Shown here: in pieces, positions 51,619 to 64,000 of the stretch
Layout of the letters: each line of letters opens with the position of its first letter
Position numbering within the stretch: the first letter of the stretch is position 1
Source: Mizuhopecten yessoensis
Taxonomy: Eukaryota
Direction of reading: 5' to 3'
DNA length: 64,000 nucleotides
NCBI RefSeq assembly: GCF_002113885.1
Contig: NW_018408786.1
Coordinates: forward strand, 411,794 to 475,793
The notes under the pieces: generated by a model
What the model was told of the DNA's origin: nothing
Databases searched by the model: none
The model's input: only the letters and a program-made list of their open reading frames with translations
Made by a program: the position numbers and the translations under genes

Positions 51619-54600
51619 TCAGTGATGTTTGGCCCGCCTATTTCTGGACTCGCTTGAGGAAGATGATGACAATTTTCTTCTTCCGCTCATCTCTCCTTTC
51701 ATACTGAAGAAAGAAATAACACATTTTTTAAAAATTAATTTGGAGGACAGGACCAACAAAGCTCAGATTCTCATCCTTCACTTGAATAACGTCCAAATCA
51801 GGACCAACAGTTTGTTTATGATCAAATGATGCAGTAGATAACTTTTTGGTGTATTTGTTTTCATTAGTCTTAACCTTTTCACCCCTATGTAACTTTAGTA
51901 GACTCTACCATGCATTGATCTGAATGAGTTCATTATGGTCTACAGTGGAGAAAGGGTTAAAAGAGCAAGTTGAGATTGAAAAAGTATGTGCCTGACTTTA
52001 AAGGGAGTGTGTGGTAGACACAGCTGTTGAGACTGGTACCAACTTTACAATGAGGGCACACACCTCTATGGGAGAGAAACTATCGAATAGCACTGGTACC
52101 AACTTTACGATGAGGACACACACCTCTATGGGTCAGAAGCTGTCGAATAGCGCTGGTACCAACTTTACAATGAGGACACACACCTCTATGGGAGAGAAAC
52201 TATCGAATAGCTCAGGTACCAACTTTACAATGAGGACACACACCTCTATGGGAGAGAAACTATTGAATAGCGCTGGTACCAACTTTACGATGAGGACACA
52301 CACCTCTATGGGAGAGAAACTATCGAATAGCTCAGGTACCAACTTTACAATGAGGACACACACCTCTATGGGAGAGAAACTATNNNNNNNNNNNNNNNNN
52401 NNNNNNNNNNNNNNNNNNNNNNNNNNNNNNNNNNNNNNNNNNNNNNNNNNNNNNNNNNNNNNNNNNNNNNNNNNNNNNNNNNNNNNNNNNNNNNNNNNNN
52501 NNNNNNNNNNNNNNNNNNNNNNNNNNNNNNNNNNNNNNNNNNNNNNNNNNNNNNNNNNNNNNNNNNNNNNNNNNNNNTCGTATAGCGCTGGTACCAACTT
52601 CACAATGAGGGCACACACCTCTATGGGTCAGAAGCTGTCGAATAGCGCTGGTACCAACTTCACAATGAGGGCACACACCTCTATGGGAGAGAAACTATCG
52701 AATAGTGCTGGTACCAACTTCACAATGAGGGCACACACCTCTATGGGTCAGAAGCTGTCGAATAGCGCTGATACCAACTTAACAATGAGGGCACACACCT
52801 CTATGGGAGAGAAACTATCGAATAGTGCTGGTACCAACTACACAATGAGGGCATACACCTCTTTGGGAGAGAAACTATTGATTAGTGCTGGTACCTACCT
52901 ATCAATGAGGGCACACACCTCTATGGGAGAAAAACTGTTTGTTAGCTGTTTGGTCACCTCTGTCGAACAGAAGTTGTTGAGACATGGGACCGGCTTTTAA
53001 CTCAGAGATCAAATGTGCAAAGGACAGATATTAAGGCTGGTTACCTACCTTACACTGAGGGCAGACACCTCTGGAGGACAGACATCCTCAGGACGAGGCG
53101 GAGGGCTGGTTACCTACCTTACACTGAGGGCAGACACCTCTGGAGGACAGAAATCTTCAGGACGTGGTGGAGGGCTGTCGGTCAGATGTGCAGCAATGAA
53201 GTCAGGGCGCAAACATGATACATTGTTACTGAGGAGTACCTCCAGGTCTTCCTGTAACCAATGAAGATGGGAAATGTTCAATCACTTCTTATTGATCATT
53301 GGTTGATCAGATGAAAGCATGATAGGGCTCAAAACACTGCCATATTGCTAGTTAATTCTACATCATCAGTATTAAATTGTAAAATTCAATCAAATAGATT
53401 ACAATAATCATCCAAATGTGTTCATCTATTCTGTCTTTAAAAAGTTTATTGCAATTTTTTGAATTATTCAACATTCAACACTGTCTAGAAAATGACAACC
53501 AATCAGAATTGAGGAATTACCTGTGACCTCATTAATAATATCCGAAAACTTGGCGAGTCATGATATTTATTATGAGTGTATACCCCTATACATGCTAAGT
53601 CTAGTTCAACATTGGCGAAAAATGGTATCATCTTGGCCTTAGTGTGTAGAGTCAATACTAAGTATGACATTAACTGTTACTTTTAGTAAATCAAATATGC
53701 ATGGCTAGTGTAAATGTTTTCTTCTAAAAAAAATAGCTTATGATGGGCTCAAATAAAGTGCTCAACATTTTTTCCTTTCTTTTCTATGGCACTTTTGAAT
53801 TTGATTTCACTGATTGAGATACCTCAGGGAAGTGAGAACTTCTGTGACATGTACAGGAGAAACAATCGTCACACTTCACATCTTCTCAAAACCTTGCCAC
53901 ATATCAGTGAGAATCCATCATACCAAGTATGACTTGATCAAAGGGAGACCACCGATGAGAACTTCATCTTACAGTATGTATACCAAATAAAAGATTTTTG
54001 GGGAAAAAAGTCAGAATATGTAACTGTTAACAACTGACCTGTGACATCTTGTACTTGGACAGCTCTATGAAGGCATGTGTAGCAGACAGTGACCTTGAGA
54101 ATGGTGGTCTGAAACAACGGTTTGTACACCAACATCAGATCAACTACATTACTTCTCCATCTATTTCAACTAGTTTGTTTGTAGTTTGAAAACAGTTACT
54201 AAAATGGTTAATTTCATTACAAAATTTATTAATTTTTTTTTTTTTCTTCATTAAACAGAAATTATAATTTCCAACAATAGATAAGAACAATACACTGGAA
54301 CAATGGTCAAACTGATCATTAAAACGGCCCATTCCTTTTCATAGCAAATTTCTGATTGGTAAAACGGTGAATAAAATTTGTTTTATTTGTAATATATTGA
54401 AATGTTTGAATAAGAAAATCTTGAAGTGCTTCTGTTTTCCTACAGTATACCTACTTGTTGGTGAGAACAGTGGCGCCTCCTGCAGCCAGTAATCTGCGGA
54501 AGCTTGATTCCTTGTTTGGGTCAGCACAGAGTAGTACTTTCCAGCCACTGAATGCTCCAAAACAGGATCCCGACCTCTGTCAAAAGCAAACATATACAGT

Positions 54601-57600
54601 GCTTATAGCCAAGACATAATTCGCAGTTAAAACTCTAATTGGACAAGATATTTTTTCTCTTAAGGAAAAGTAACGTCTCAGTTTGATATTATGTCAGCGA
54701 ACTTTTACATTGAACCTATTTTCTTTGCACAAGAATTAAAGGGATGTTTTTTTTCGGAAATGTTCATAACCATCTGTTACTGTTTTGGCAATTGAGTCCT
54801 GTATATGAAAGTCAATGAAGTCCTGTTGGGAAATATCTCCAACAGACATTCTTTAATGTGTCTTTACTCTTTCCTACTTTCCCCTCCCTACGAGTTGTTT
54901 TCCTCTACCTGTCGCTCCTCGTCCACTGAAACCCTCCAGGAGTGTGCGGCCGCAGCGAGCTTGACCACCACCTGGTTCTTACTACTGGCCAGGCTGGAGG
55001 TGCCCTCTCCTCCCCACTCGTATAATGCCTCCTGTCAGTCAATTCAAATACAAATTCAATTACGTACATTTCCTGTTTTTATCAGAAATATATTTTTCCT
55101 TGAGAAATAACTTGATTAAACTGGAATAAGAGATCTGGGGCCTGTTTGTTTATCTGGAACAAACAAACGGTTTGTCTGTTTTTAAATGTAACATTTTTGG
55201 GTACAAATACTGGCAGACCTGCAAACGTTTTTGCAGGCCTTACAAGACTTTGTGAAGGCTTGCCTGAAAGCAGAGTCAGATTAATAGGGACAACCTTATT
55301 TCATAAAAGAGAACAACTCTGGTCCATCCGGTTTAATGGGTACAAAAACAAACAAAAAATTGCTCATAGGACTGTAAATCTCAATTTGTTACTTTGACAT
55401 TTACCAAGTTTAATATGAATTTGCTACTTTATGTAGTAATTTGTTTGAAAGATTGGTTTTTATACATGTACTGGCAAACCTGCCATCCTGTCAGACTTAC
55501 CGGTACAAACTTGCCTTCCTGTCGACAGGCCTCAAAGTAAGATTTGTGAAGCACCCATTTCCCTGATGCAACGCTAGCAAGAAACTTCTCGTTGCGAGAT
55601 GGCAGACCTAAAGTCAGAATGTATATTATGAACATAGGAACTACAGGCTAAATGGTAAAAAAATAGTCATTCAGATTCTGGAATTAGATATAGACTCACT
55701 CACCAAACATGAAGCATTCATGATCACTTGCTTTTAAAGCTTCACACTTGCATTGACACTTACCTATAACCAGGTGAGTACAGGCAGAACTGTACATCTG
55801 GCCGTCCAGCATCTGTCCCCCTAGCTGTTCCACAAGCGCACCATAGTGGTCCTTTTCCTGCAACAGAAAATAGGACTTGAGAAACACAGTTGAAAATCAG
55901 AAATTGTTGTCCATTGCGGCTTGCCAATCAGAAATGTGAAGTTAACATGCAGCAAAAAACAATGTGCATTGTCCCTAACCTCTGGAACTAACCTGGGTAT
56001 GATTAATGAACAAAGGGCCATAACTGTAGTAGATAGGCATACAACCTATTTCAATATGCAACACTGCCTTCCCAAGAGGTGCTCGCATACAAAACTTGGA
56101 AAGTGTAGTTGACAAAGTATATGGATATACCCCAGACATAATGATGTACTGACTAACTGACAGATCAAGCATAAACCTGTAGTTATAATAGAAGTCCAGA
56201 CCGAGCATAAATCTATAGTTATAATAGAAGTCCAGACCGAGCATAAATCTATAGTTATGATACGAGACTAACCATCCTCGACACTCCAGGAGTTACGCTC
56301 ACTTTCGCTCTCTGCACCCCTGGAACATTATTGAACAAAATCGTAACAAAATTGAAGGCTCAGTGTGCGCCACCTTGTTGATGAGACAAGAAGACTAGTT
56401 CGATCCTTTGATGTACATATGGACTGACTTTGAAGTCGGGTGTCGTCCCTTTGTAATGTTCAAAGAACAGATATCAACCTAGCGATTGGTCAGGTTTGTT
56501 TTTTTAACCCGAGACCAATCAAACAGCTGTCTTTGTGCCTTCAATTTTGCTATTACATATTCCAGGGGTGCAGAGAGCGTAAGTGAGAGTAACCCCTGAA
56601 TACTGAGATTGGGAACTATCACCTCAGTAGTAGAGCTGTAAAGAAGCACATTTTACTGTTGAACTTACCTCTTGTGATACTCCAGACAGCAAGAACACTG
56701 GTGTAGGTCGAGCTGTCTCCTCCTTGGCCTTCTCCTCAGCATCACTCACTGCGACAACTGGTTCTGAGATATCTCCCCTAGTGGAATGTCTGGGCTTGGG
56801 GAAGGCTGCCAGAACCAAACATATACATAACAACAAGAAATACAGGAGATATCTGCCATTGTATACACATATATAGTACTACTTGGGGTGATCCATTTGG
56901 ACCAAGGGACTCAAAATAAAGGAAAGTTTTTCTCTTGCCTCCTATTAAACCAGGCATTCAATCAAATCTATTCGAAATCTGTTTGGTGGTTTCAGAGAAG
57001 ATGCAAAATATGAAAATAGTATGACAGCAATAGCTTACTTCAGCTTAGGCAAGGTAAAAATTGAATAGAAAAGAACAGATTGGTCTTAAAGTACAACGGA
57101 ATTTTAGACAATACTTACCCAGAGCTGGAGCTTCAGGAGTCTTTATTCTGTCATCTTCTGGGTGTCGGTCAGGTGTCTTACCCTATAAAATAACATATTT
57201 AACATTATTAAAATCAGCAGCAATGCTTAACCTTCCATGAGTTACATTGGTCTGTAGCACAATCACTCACATAATATGATTATTTTTATCAAGTAGCAAA
57301 ATTTCAGTCTTTAAATATTTTCTTTGTCATCCATAGAAAACATACATGGTAAAAAGGCAGTTTTTTTAAACAAAAGGACCAAGGCAATTACACAAAACAT
57401 TGGTGGACATGAGACCTCTTTTTACACAATTACAATGCATGTCATATTGGCGTTAATAGACGACTGTCAATTTTTACACTTTTTAAACGTTGAAAAATTA
57501 TATTAAGAGGGCTTAGATATAATTTTGTAACAATATGATATGAAACAAGAGATATTTTTATGTAGGCCTTACATAATGAGGAAGGTGTGGTACAGGCTTT

Positions 57601-60600
57601 TCTTCCTCTTCCTCCTCCTCCTCCACCTCAGAGAACTCAGCATCAAGGTAGCCCGGGGGCAGGGCAGGGTCCTGTGTCGGGCTGCATGCTCTCTCCAGCT
57701 TGTGAGCCAGCTTCTCCTCCTCCAGTCTGAAGAGTAGTATAGTTATTAGTTAAAACAATACAACCAGCACTTCCTTTGTCTATGGAGTTCACAACTCTAT
57801 CCAGGGAACAAAACCGTGGCCTTGACCTTTAAATGATGGTCTTGGATGATGCATACTACAGTTTCACCAAAAACACTTCAGCCATTCAAAATGAGAAATA
57901 CTTAGAACAACAAAAAGTTAGTTATATGACCAATGAAATGACAGAAACCTTATATGATGTCTATGGTTTAAACCAGGAGAGATCTTACCTTCCTGTGGGA
58001 TCATCCCAGGTGATCTGTACACTCTGTGAAGCCTCGGGGCCCGAGTTGTTCTCCAGGGACTTCCCTATTGGGTACAAACACAACACACAATATCACTATT
58101 CATAAAAGTACTTCAAGATAATTTAAGCAATTAACTATTTTCTTTGAAACATTTCCAATCAATTACTTAATGTTCTGCTTAATCAGATTAATTTTAATGA
58201 ACTCAAAGCCATTGCCAATGTCTCCCATTGTGAGTTGAGATGGACGAAGGAGTAGGGCAACATTTCTGCATGTCGTTAAAAGCCATATGTTCCATGGGGC
58301 AGCATGTATTTATATACTAACCCCCAGTGGTCTGTCTGCTGTTCCTTCGCTCATTCTGGCCAGACTGCTCGTCTAAAAATACAACACACAAAGGGTCACT
58401 AACCACATATCAATAGTCCATCAAGACAGCCTGGGAATAAGTAATCTCTTAATCCTAGATGTAGTTTTACAGTTATAACAAAAGTCTGTAAATAATGAAT
58501 CCTATATGTTTGTCACACTATTACTCTAATACCAGCTAGGATCCTCTAAATATTTACAAAATGTCACCCTGATTCAAAGATCTTAAAATTAGAACAGTCG
58601 CAGTCTTATATCGTAGTGATTAGAGATCATGAATTTTGACCCTATTTAATTATATCATACAAACTATTGTGATAAATCATATACAACTACTCCTACTGTT
58701 TAGTACATGATGGTCACTTGATGTATATAATTTTGCAAATAAAGCTTTACGATGGAACAGAGAGCAACACAAACAGGCTACAATGGAGAGTACAGAATAG
58801 AAACGCCACAAATATCTCTTCAGATGACAAAACAGTCTACATACCTTGAAGACTCCAGCGGTTCTGGTGGGAAGGGGGACGACTATGGTTACTGTTCCGT
58901 CCCTCCCCCGACAATTCCCCCGATGTCTCTCCCGACATGTTCATCTGTCCGCTGGCTGTTACAACAAATAATTAACACTCACATCAACTATCGAAGTATT
59001 CACTCTACTCAATAAAACTATATTTTTCCTCATTTGTGTTTTCATTCAAACTTATTCATTTAGATCTTGGAAACATTTCTAAGACTTCAACAGGGCCTGG
59101 TAATATCTTCAGCACTTTATTCGACTTTGGGATTTACAAATTCTCACAAAAACAGCTTTAAAGATTATCATTAAATCACATGTAACTCCACTCCACATAT
59201 TAAATATCTTCATACTTACAGTTCAGCCTTTTACTTTTTCTCCTTGTGTTTTTCTTAGCTCTGTAAATCAAACAGGAAACATTCAATGACCTCAATAATG
59301 ACCCAGAAAGGTATGTATTATATTTGTTGATAATAATCACCTCTGAGAAATCCATTAGGATTTTTTTTCTTCTTTGAAATCTAATTTGCAGGTATAATAG
59401 ATCAAGTTATTTTTTACCAATCACAATTTCTTTTAAAATTATAAAACATTTCCTATTCAGTGGAGTATTGTGAGAAAAAAATTACATCAAAAATGAACCT
59501 GTCACAGTAAATTCTGGATAAAAACGTTAAAAACACAAAAATAAAACTTACTTTGATCCCATCATTTTCTCAAGCTGTTTGGAGAGGACTTCCCGAAGCT
59601 CCAATGTTCCACCGATTTCCAGTCCCTCCTGTTGGGTCGAAACAAAAACGGATGAAACAACTGTTTGCAGTACTTTAAACGGTCAAAATAATGATAGACT
59701 AATTAGTGGCTGTTTTGTATTGTAATATAAACAAATTGAGCAGGGGCTCACAAAGACATACTTCCCCAACACAGTGGTCAAGTGTAACCTTTGACCCTTT
59801 AACCTTTATGACCCATAACCACCCAAATCTTACAGGTGTAGCACCTGACATTACATGTTGAGGGGTTTGTGTGATATTTTGTACAGAACCTTTTTATGAT
59901 GAACGGACACAAAGATAAAGCAATTACTTTACTACTTACATCCTCACTCCTACCCGCGTAGGTAGTGTAACAACTCTGTATCTTTCTTCACTTTTCTTTG
60001 CAGATATTTGACAAAGGCTAAAGGCCAGTTCGGCATTTAAACAAGGGCAATAGATATTGTTTTTTCAGAAGTAATTGGCTGTAACCAAGAATAGCAGTTT
60101 ATTTGGTGGCAAAATTAGCTCATGTTACATTTATGTTGAGATTTAATTACCGTTTCTTTGGCACCGCCTTCTTGTTCCATGACCTCTTCTCCTGACTTCT
60201 GCCCTTCCTCTTTTGGAGATGTGTCTGGTTTAGTCCCCTGAGGTGGTGAAGATGATTCAGATCTTAATGGCGAGATTTCTTGTTTAGTATCGGACTGGAG
60301 GTCCTCAGTTTTGGACAATGCTGGCTTAGAATTAATGCTTTGTTCTGGTTTTGGTGATGGCGATAGCTGTTTTGAGTGCGAAGTAGACGTAGTGGTATTT
60401 GAACTTGAGGCAACCTCCTCTCCCTTCCTCGAACCAGCTCGTCCTGCCCGGCGACTCGCTCGGCCAGGTGTCTCCGTCCGTTTACTGGTCACCACAGACT
60501 TTAGACAAACAACAAATACAAACATTAAAATACAGCATAGACAAAGTTATCCCTTTTATCCATTAAATGTTTTACTTATAACTTATGGCAAACCCAGTAG

Positions 60601-63600
60601 TAAACTGATGAAATTCAGGGAATGACCCAATGACTCTTTTAGTGCATCACCATAATGTTAAATAGACTTGCAGATGGTCAAAAAGAATTGATGCTATAAC
60701 TGTGAACACTTTGATTGTAAATTTATCTTCTTTACCAAGCATAAATATGAAGCTTTGGATTGAAAATGTGACTTACCAAGGACAGATTGGGGTTGAAAGT
60801 ATGTGGGAACAGTGACTCATCCACCCTGGCCATTTGTTCCTTACACTGAAACACAAGATAGATTGCGATCAATTTGCAGTTAAAACAGAGCATTTTCCAA
60901 GACATATATCATTTAAACAAAATTAGCATGCTCTACAATGCGATCAATGTTGACTAAGTCCATGTCCAGGGTCTAGTTTGACCACCTAGATATTCCAGGG
61001 ATTCAACATAGTGAAGACAGTGCTTCATAATAATTTTCAGAATGAGGCATTCCTCAACAATAAAGCCTTCACAAATCTCGAGGTAATGGTTAGAATTAGT
61101 ATTGAGTTTACCCTTTCACCACTGTAGACCATAATGGACTCATTCATGTCAATGCATGGTAGAGTCTACTAAAGTGACATAGGGGTGAAAGGGTTGATGA
61201 AAAGAGAAATGCAGATATAATCATTTCATCGTTGGGTTTCTACGCCTGTATCTGATTGCATGCAAACTAAATGTATGAATAGTTCTGTCGCATAAAAGTG
61301 CTACAAAGAAATGCAAATCGGCTTGTGGGCAAAATGACTGAAAATCTTGCTTTTTTAATCCTTCCTATGGAAAATAAATAAAAGTTTGCATTTAAATGCA
61401 CTAAAATTCTAAAAATTTTGCTGAATATTTACATCTCTAGCTTCACTAATGTGTGGTGCTACATCGCATCTTTGCTGACATGGTCTAGGCAATTAATATA
61501 TGACAAGATAAATAAACAGGCATTTAACTGTTTATACCATTTCAGCGGTTGTTAGCATAGTAACAGATCATTATTGTATTCATACCATTTGTAGCCAGTG
61601 TGGTGACACAATTATCTTGCCTTGGTCACGTGCCAATCGGAACTCTTTTGTCGTGTCATTTGCACGTCCCTGTAATAAAAAACAATAAACAAGTGATACT
61701 TGTCTCACCTTTACTCAAAATGGATGAATTCTATGTACACACAGTATTGAGAACGCAAGCTATATCTTACAAATTTTAGAATATTCACTGATCAACTTGT
61801 ACTTAAATCTGTCTACACTCACATTTTTGTTTTAAACATGCACTGTATGTATTACACTAGTCGCTAACCATTATATGTATATGGAGTGTGTAGTTTGGTT
61901 CAGCAATTGCAATTACCTGTATGTAGCAAGCTTATAACTGTCTATACCTGAGATACCTGGTACATTTTGTATTTAACCAGTATAGGAGTAATTGTCAGCA
62001 TTTTACCTTGAACATATAACGAGTTAATAAGTTGTTTGCCCTGACCAGGTTTCAGTGATTAAGTATGCCACTTATAAAATTGACATTAGGCTTCTAACAG
62101 ACAAGGATTCATATGAAATGAGTGTAGACTGCCTTTGTGAATCAATATACATTCACACTCTAAAATAAAATACCTCTGACAGTTCTACAACAAATTACTG
62201 TCCTTACCTGGAATATGTAACAAGAACACTGCTGTCTGTAATGTGAGAAAGAGTGCTTTGTCCTTACCTGGAATATGTAGTGAGTGCTGAGTTGTCTGAC
62301 CTTACCTGGAATATGTAGTGAGTACTTAGTTGTCTGCCCTTACCTGGAATATGTAGTGAGTACTGAGTTGTCTGCCCTGACCGTGAATATGTAGTGAGTA
62401 CTGAGTTGTCTGCCCTTATCTGGAGTATGTAGTGAGTACTGAGTTGTCTGCTCTTACCTGGTATATGACGTGAGTATTGAGTTGTCTGCCCTTACCTGGA
62501 ATACGTAGTGAGTACTGAGTTGTCTGCCCTTACTGGGTATATGACGTGAGTATTGAGTTGTCTGCCCTTACCTGGAATACGTAGTGGGTACAGGAATTGT
62601 CATATGACCAACGGTAGTCCCCTCCAAGGTCAGACACAATGTTGTTGAAATCAGATTGTTGAGATGATAACTTCTTATTGACGACAATGGTGACACCATG
62701 AAGGGGAGGGACCTCCTTGTCCACCTTTATGTGCATTAGAAATCAATGCAGTGTTGTAGGAAGAGTAACATGAATAAAATTGTACCAAAAGACAGAATGA
62801 AAATTCTATGTACTCTACAAAAAGCATCGAAGAGATCTAGAAACAATTTGCCAATTACAATAACAGATGTATCTAAGCAAAGACCAATCATATTTACAAA
62901 CAAGTTCTTGTTTTGGATAGATATCGTCCAAAACTACCAATATGGGGTGGATTGAAAACTATAATTTCATTTCAGAAAGATCACCTTCAGTCTGAGGTAC
63001 ACCATCCTCAATACTCAAGGGGTTACGCTCACTTTCGCTCTCTGCGAACATCAAAAGAAACTCTCGGTCGCGTAACGGTAACTGGAATATCGAGGATGGA
63101 GGTATACTGACCTTTATTGGAGTTTTCTCAACAGCAGGCTGGCCTTCTTCCATGTTCTTCAGACCCTTTTCTATCTGTATAGTGTATAGCTCATCCAGAG
63201 GCTATATAAAACAGTAAGTACCAGAAATTCACACAGCTCCGTAAACATAAACCAACCATGATATCATTGCTACACACAGGCGGTCCTATTATTGTAACAA
63301 TGTCCACTGGTGATGGAGCCATCCATGGTGCATTGTTACATTTGAATTGCGGAGCAAGACACTGCACTCAGTCACATTATTCTGACAAGGTGCTTGACTG
63401 ATGTGTTTAATATGAAGACAGTCAAGAAAGAAAAGAAAACTTGAGATCACTAATGCACCTTGGGAAGCAAATCAATTCACTCAAGTCCTCTTTTTATCTT
63501 ATAGAGGGAGCACTGAAGCAAAAATGATTTTACAAGGGGCCTTCAGATTATTTTATCATGATCAGGGATCTCCCCAGGGTATCCTCATATTATTTACTCA

Positions 63601-63936
63601 TAATCAGGGTTTTCCTCAAAGGCTCCTCCAATTATTTTATCATGATCAGGGATATCCCCTAGAGCTATTGGATGCTCTGCATGGATTCGATTTCTGACTT
63701 GTGACACTAAAAACACATGTAATGTCAAATATGTTCCAGGTATTTTTCATCAAGACACCAACGTAAGTAGAGATCAATAAAATTTTAACACTAATAGATT
63801 AATTAAACCACTGTTTAGAGATGATGTAAAGCCGATCATTTTTGTCTATCTTGGTGTAATCTCGACTTACCAAGCTGGTCTTCCTCCTGCTGACTTTGCG
63901 ATGCCCTTCTGGAGTCTCCAGTGAGGCCAGGGCATC
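51619..63936 (-). CDS. TOPBP1: DNA topoisomerase 2-binding protein 1, C-terminal 751 aa (BRCT6, ATR-activation domain, BRCT7/8); 5' part beyond the right edge
   Basis: 21 GT-AG exons: 63936-63871, 63201-63112, 62724-62572, 61669-61586, 60845-60777, 60498-60151, 59628-59552, 59260-59220, 58955-58845, 58372-58322, 58064-57989, 57726-57573, 57182-57119, 56805-56669, 55857-55764, 55607-55501, 55031-54909, 54576-54455, 54108-54039, 53251-53118, 51703-51619 (2256 bp, TGA at 51621-51619). TopBP1 motifs: [99 protein letters not shown]. Confidence 0.97.
51870..51960. mobile_element. ~90-bp piggyBac-type MITE, copy 1 (last TopBP1 intron)
   Basis: ttaa-cct(t)ttcacc ... gaaaggg-ttaa (TTAA flanks, CCC/GGG-type ends); inverted homolog at 61107-61197. 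Confidence 0.7.
52030..52940. repeat. 60-bp minisatellite in the last TopBP1 intron, spanning an assembly gap
   Basis: Unit ctggtaccaactttacaatgaggacacacacctctatgggagagaaactatcgaatagcg; similar to the exon-end/donor at 53105-53155. Confidence 0.95.
52384..52577. other. Assembly gap (194 N)
   Basis: Run of n inside the 60-bp array. Confidence 1.
56271..56612. mobile_element. MITE, family B, copy in a TopBP1 intron
   Basis: Same TIR at both ends; the interior is homologous to 30790-30940 and 35535-35625. Confidence 0.85.
57989..58064 (-). CDS. TOPBP1: TopBP1 exon carrying the ATR-activation core (SQ site and WDDP tryptophan)
   Basis: Translation [25 protein letters not shown] matches the SQxxQIxWDDPT motif of vertebrate TopBP1. 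Confidence 0.93.
61107..61197. mobile_element. ~90-bp piggyBac-type MITE, copy 2
   Basis: ttta-ccctttcacc ... ggtgaaaggg-ttga; the interior is the reverse complement of 51870-51960. Confidence 0.7.
62200..62600. repeat. 38-bp minisatellite made of the TopBP1 BRCT6 exon end plus its splice donor
   Basis: Unit cttacctggaatatgtagtgagtactgagttgtctgcc, ~9 copies beside the real donor at 62571. Confidence 0.93.
63001..63099. mobile_element. MITE, family B, ~100-bp internally deleted derivative next to a TopBP1 donor
   Basis: ccatcctcaatactcaaggggttacgctcactttcgctctctgc ... gaatatcgaggatgg; the ends are inverted (ccatcctc/gaggatgg). Confidence 0.7.
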
Positions 63937-64000
63937 CTACAACACAAAAAATGGCTCATGACAGATTTCTATTCCCAGATTGCTATTTGAAGCGTTAACT

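Noticed and set aside
52011-53264. 329-aa repeat ORF and neighbours on the plus strand
   Set aside because: Translation of an intronic 60-bp array across an N gap, antisense to TopBP1.

Overview
AT-rich eukaryotic (animal) genomic DNA with GT-AG introns. The repeat content looks like a bivalve mollusc genome, which is an inference. Two spliced genes lie on the minus strand. (1) <1-22844: a large cadherin-superfamily gene. I traced 23 phase-compatible exons (~2150 codons). N->C they encode a 480-aa Thr/Pro mucin exon, four 6-Cys EB/EGF-like modules, a three-exon SEA domain with a G-S-V motif, one EGF-like module and about 11 cadherin repeats that run off the left edge. The start codon and signal peptide were not found, and exon-like segments beside the mucin exon carry stops or a frameshift. 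(2) 51619->64000: the 3' half of TopBP1 (21 exons, 751 aa): BRCT6, ATR-activation domain, BRCT7/8 and a basic tail. The ~27 kb between them holds minisatellites (31, 45, 20 and 16/18 bp units), tRNA-derived SINEs, several MITE families, a Helentron/HINE-like element, a DDE transposase remnant and decayed coding-like paralogs. The most striking patterns are the mucin-EB-SEA-cadherin architecture and repeated tandem amplification of exon-end/5' splice-site junctions at four or five separate introns across both genes. No rRNA, real tRNA or CRISPR array was found. All family assignments come from motif recognition; no database search was run.
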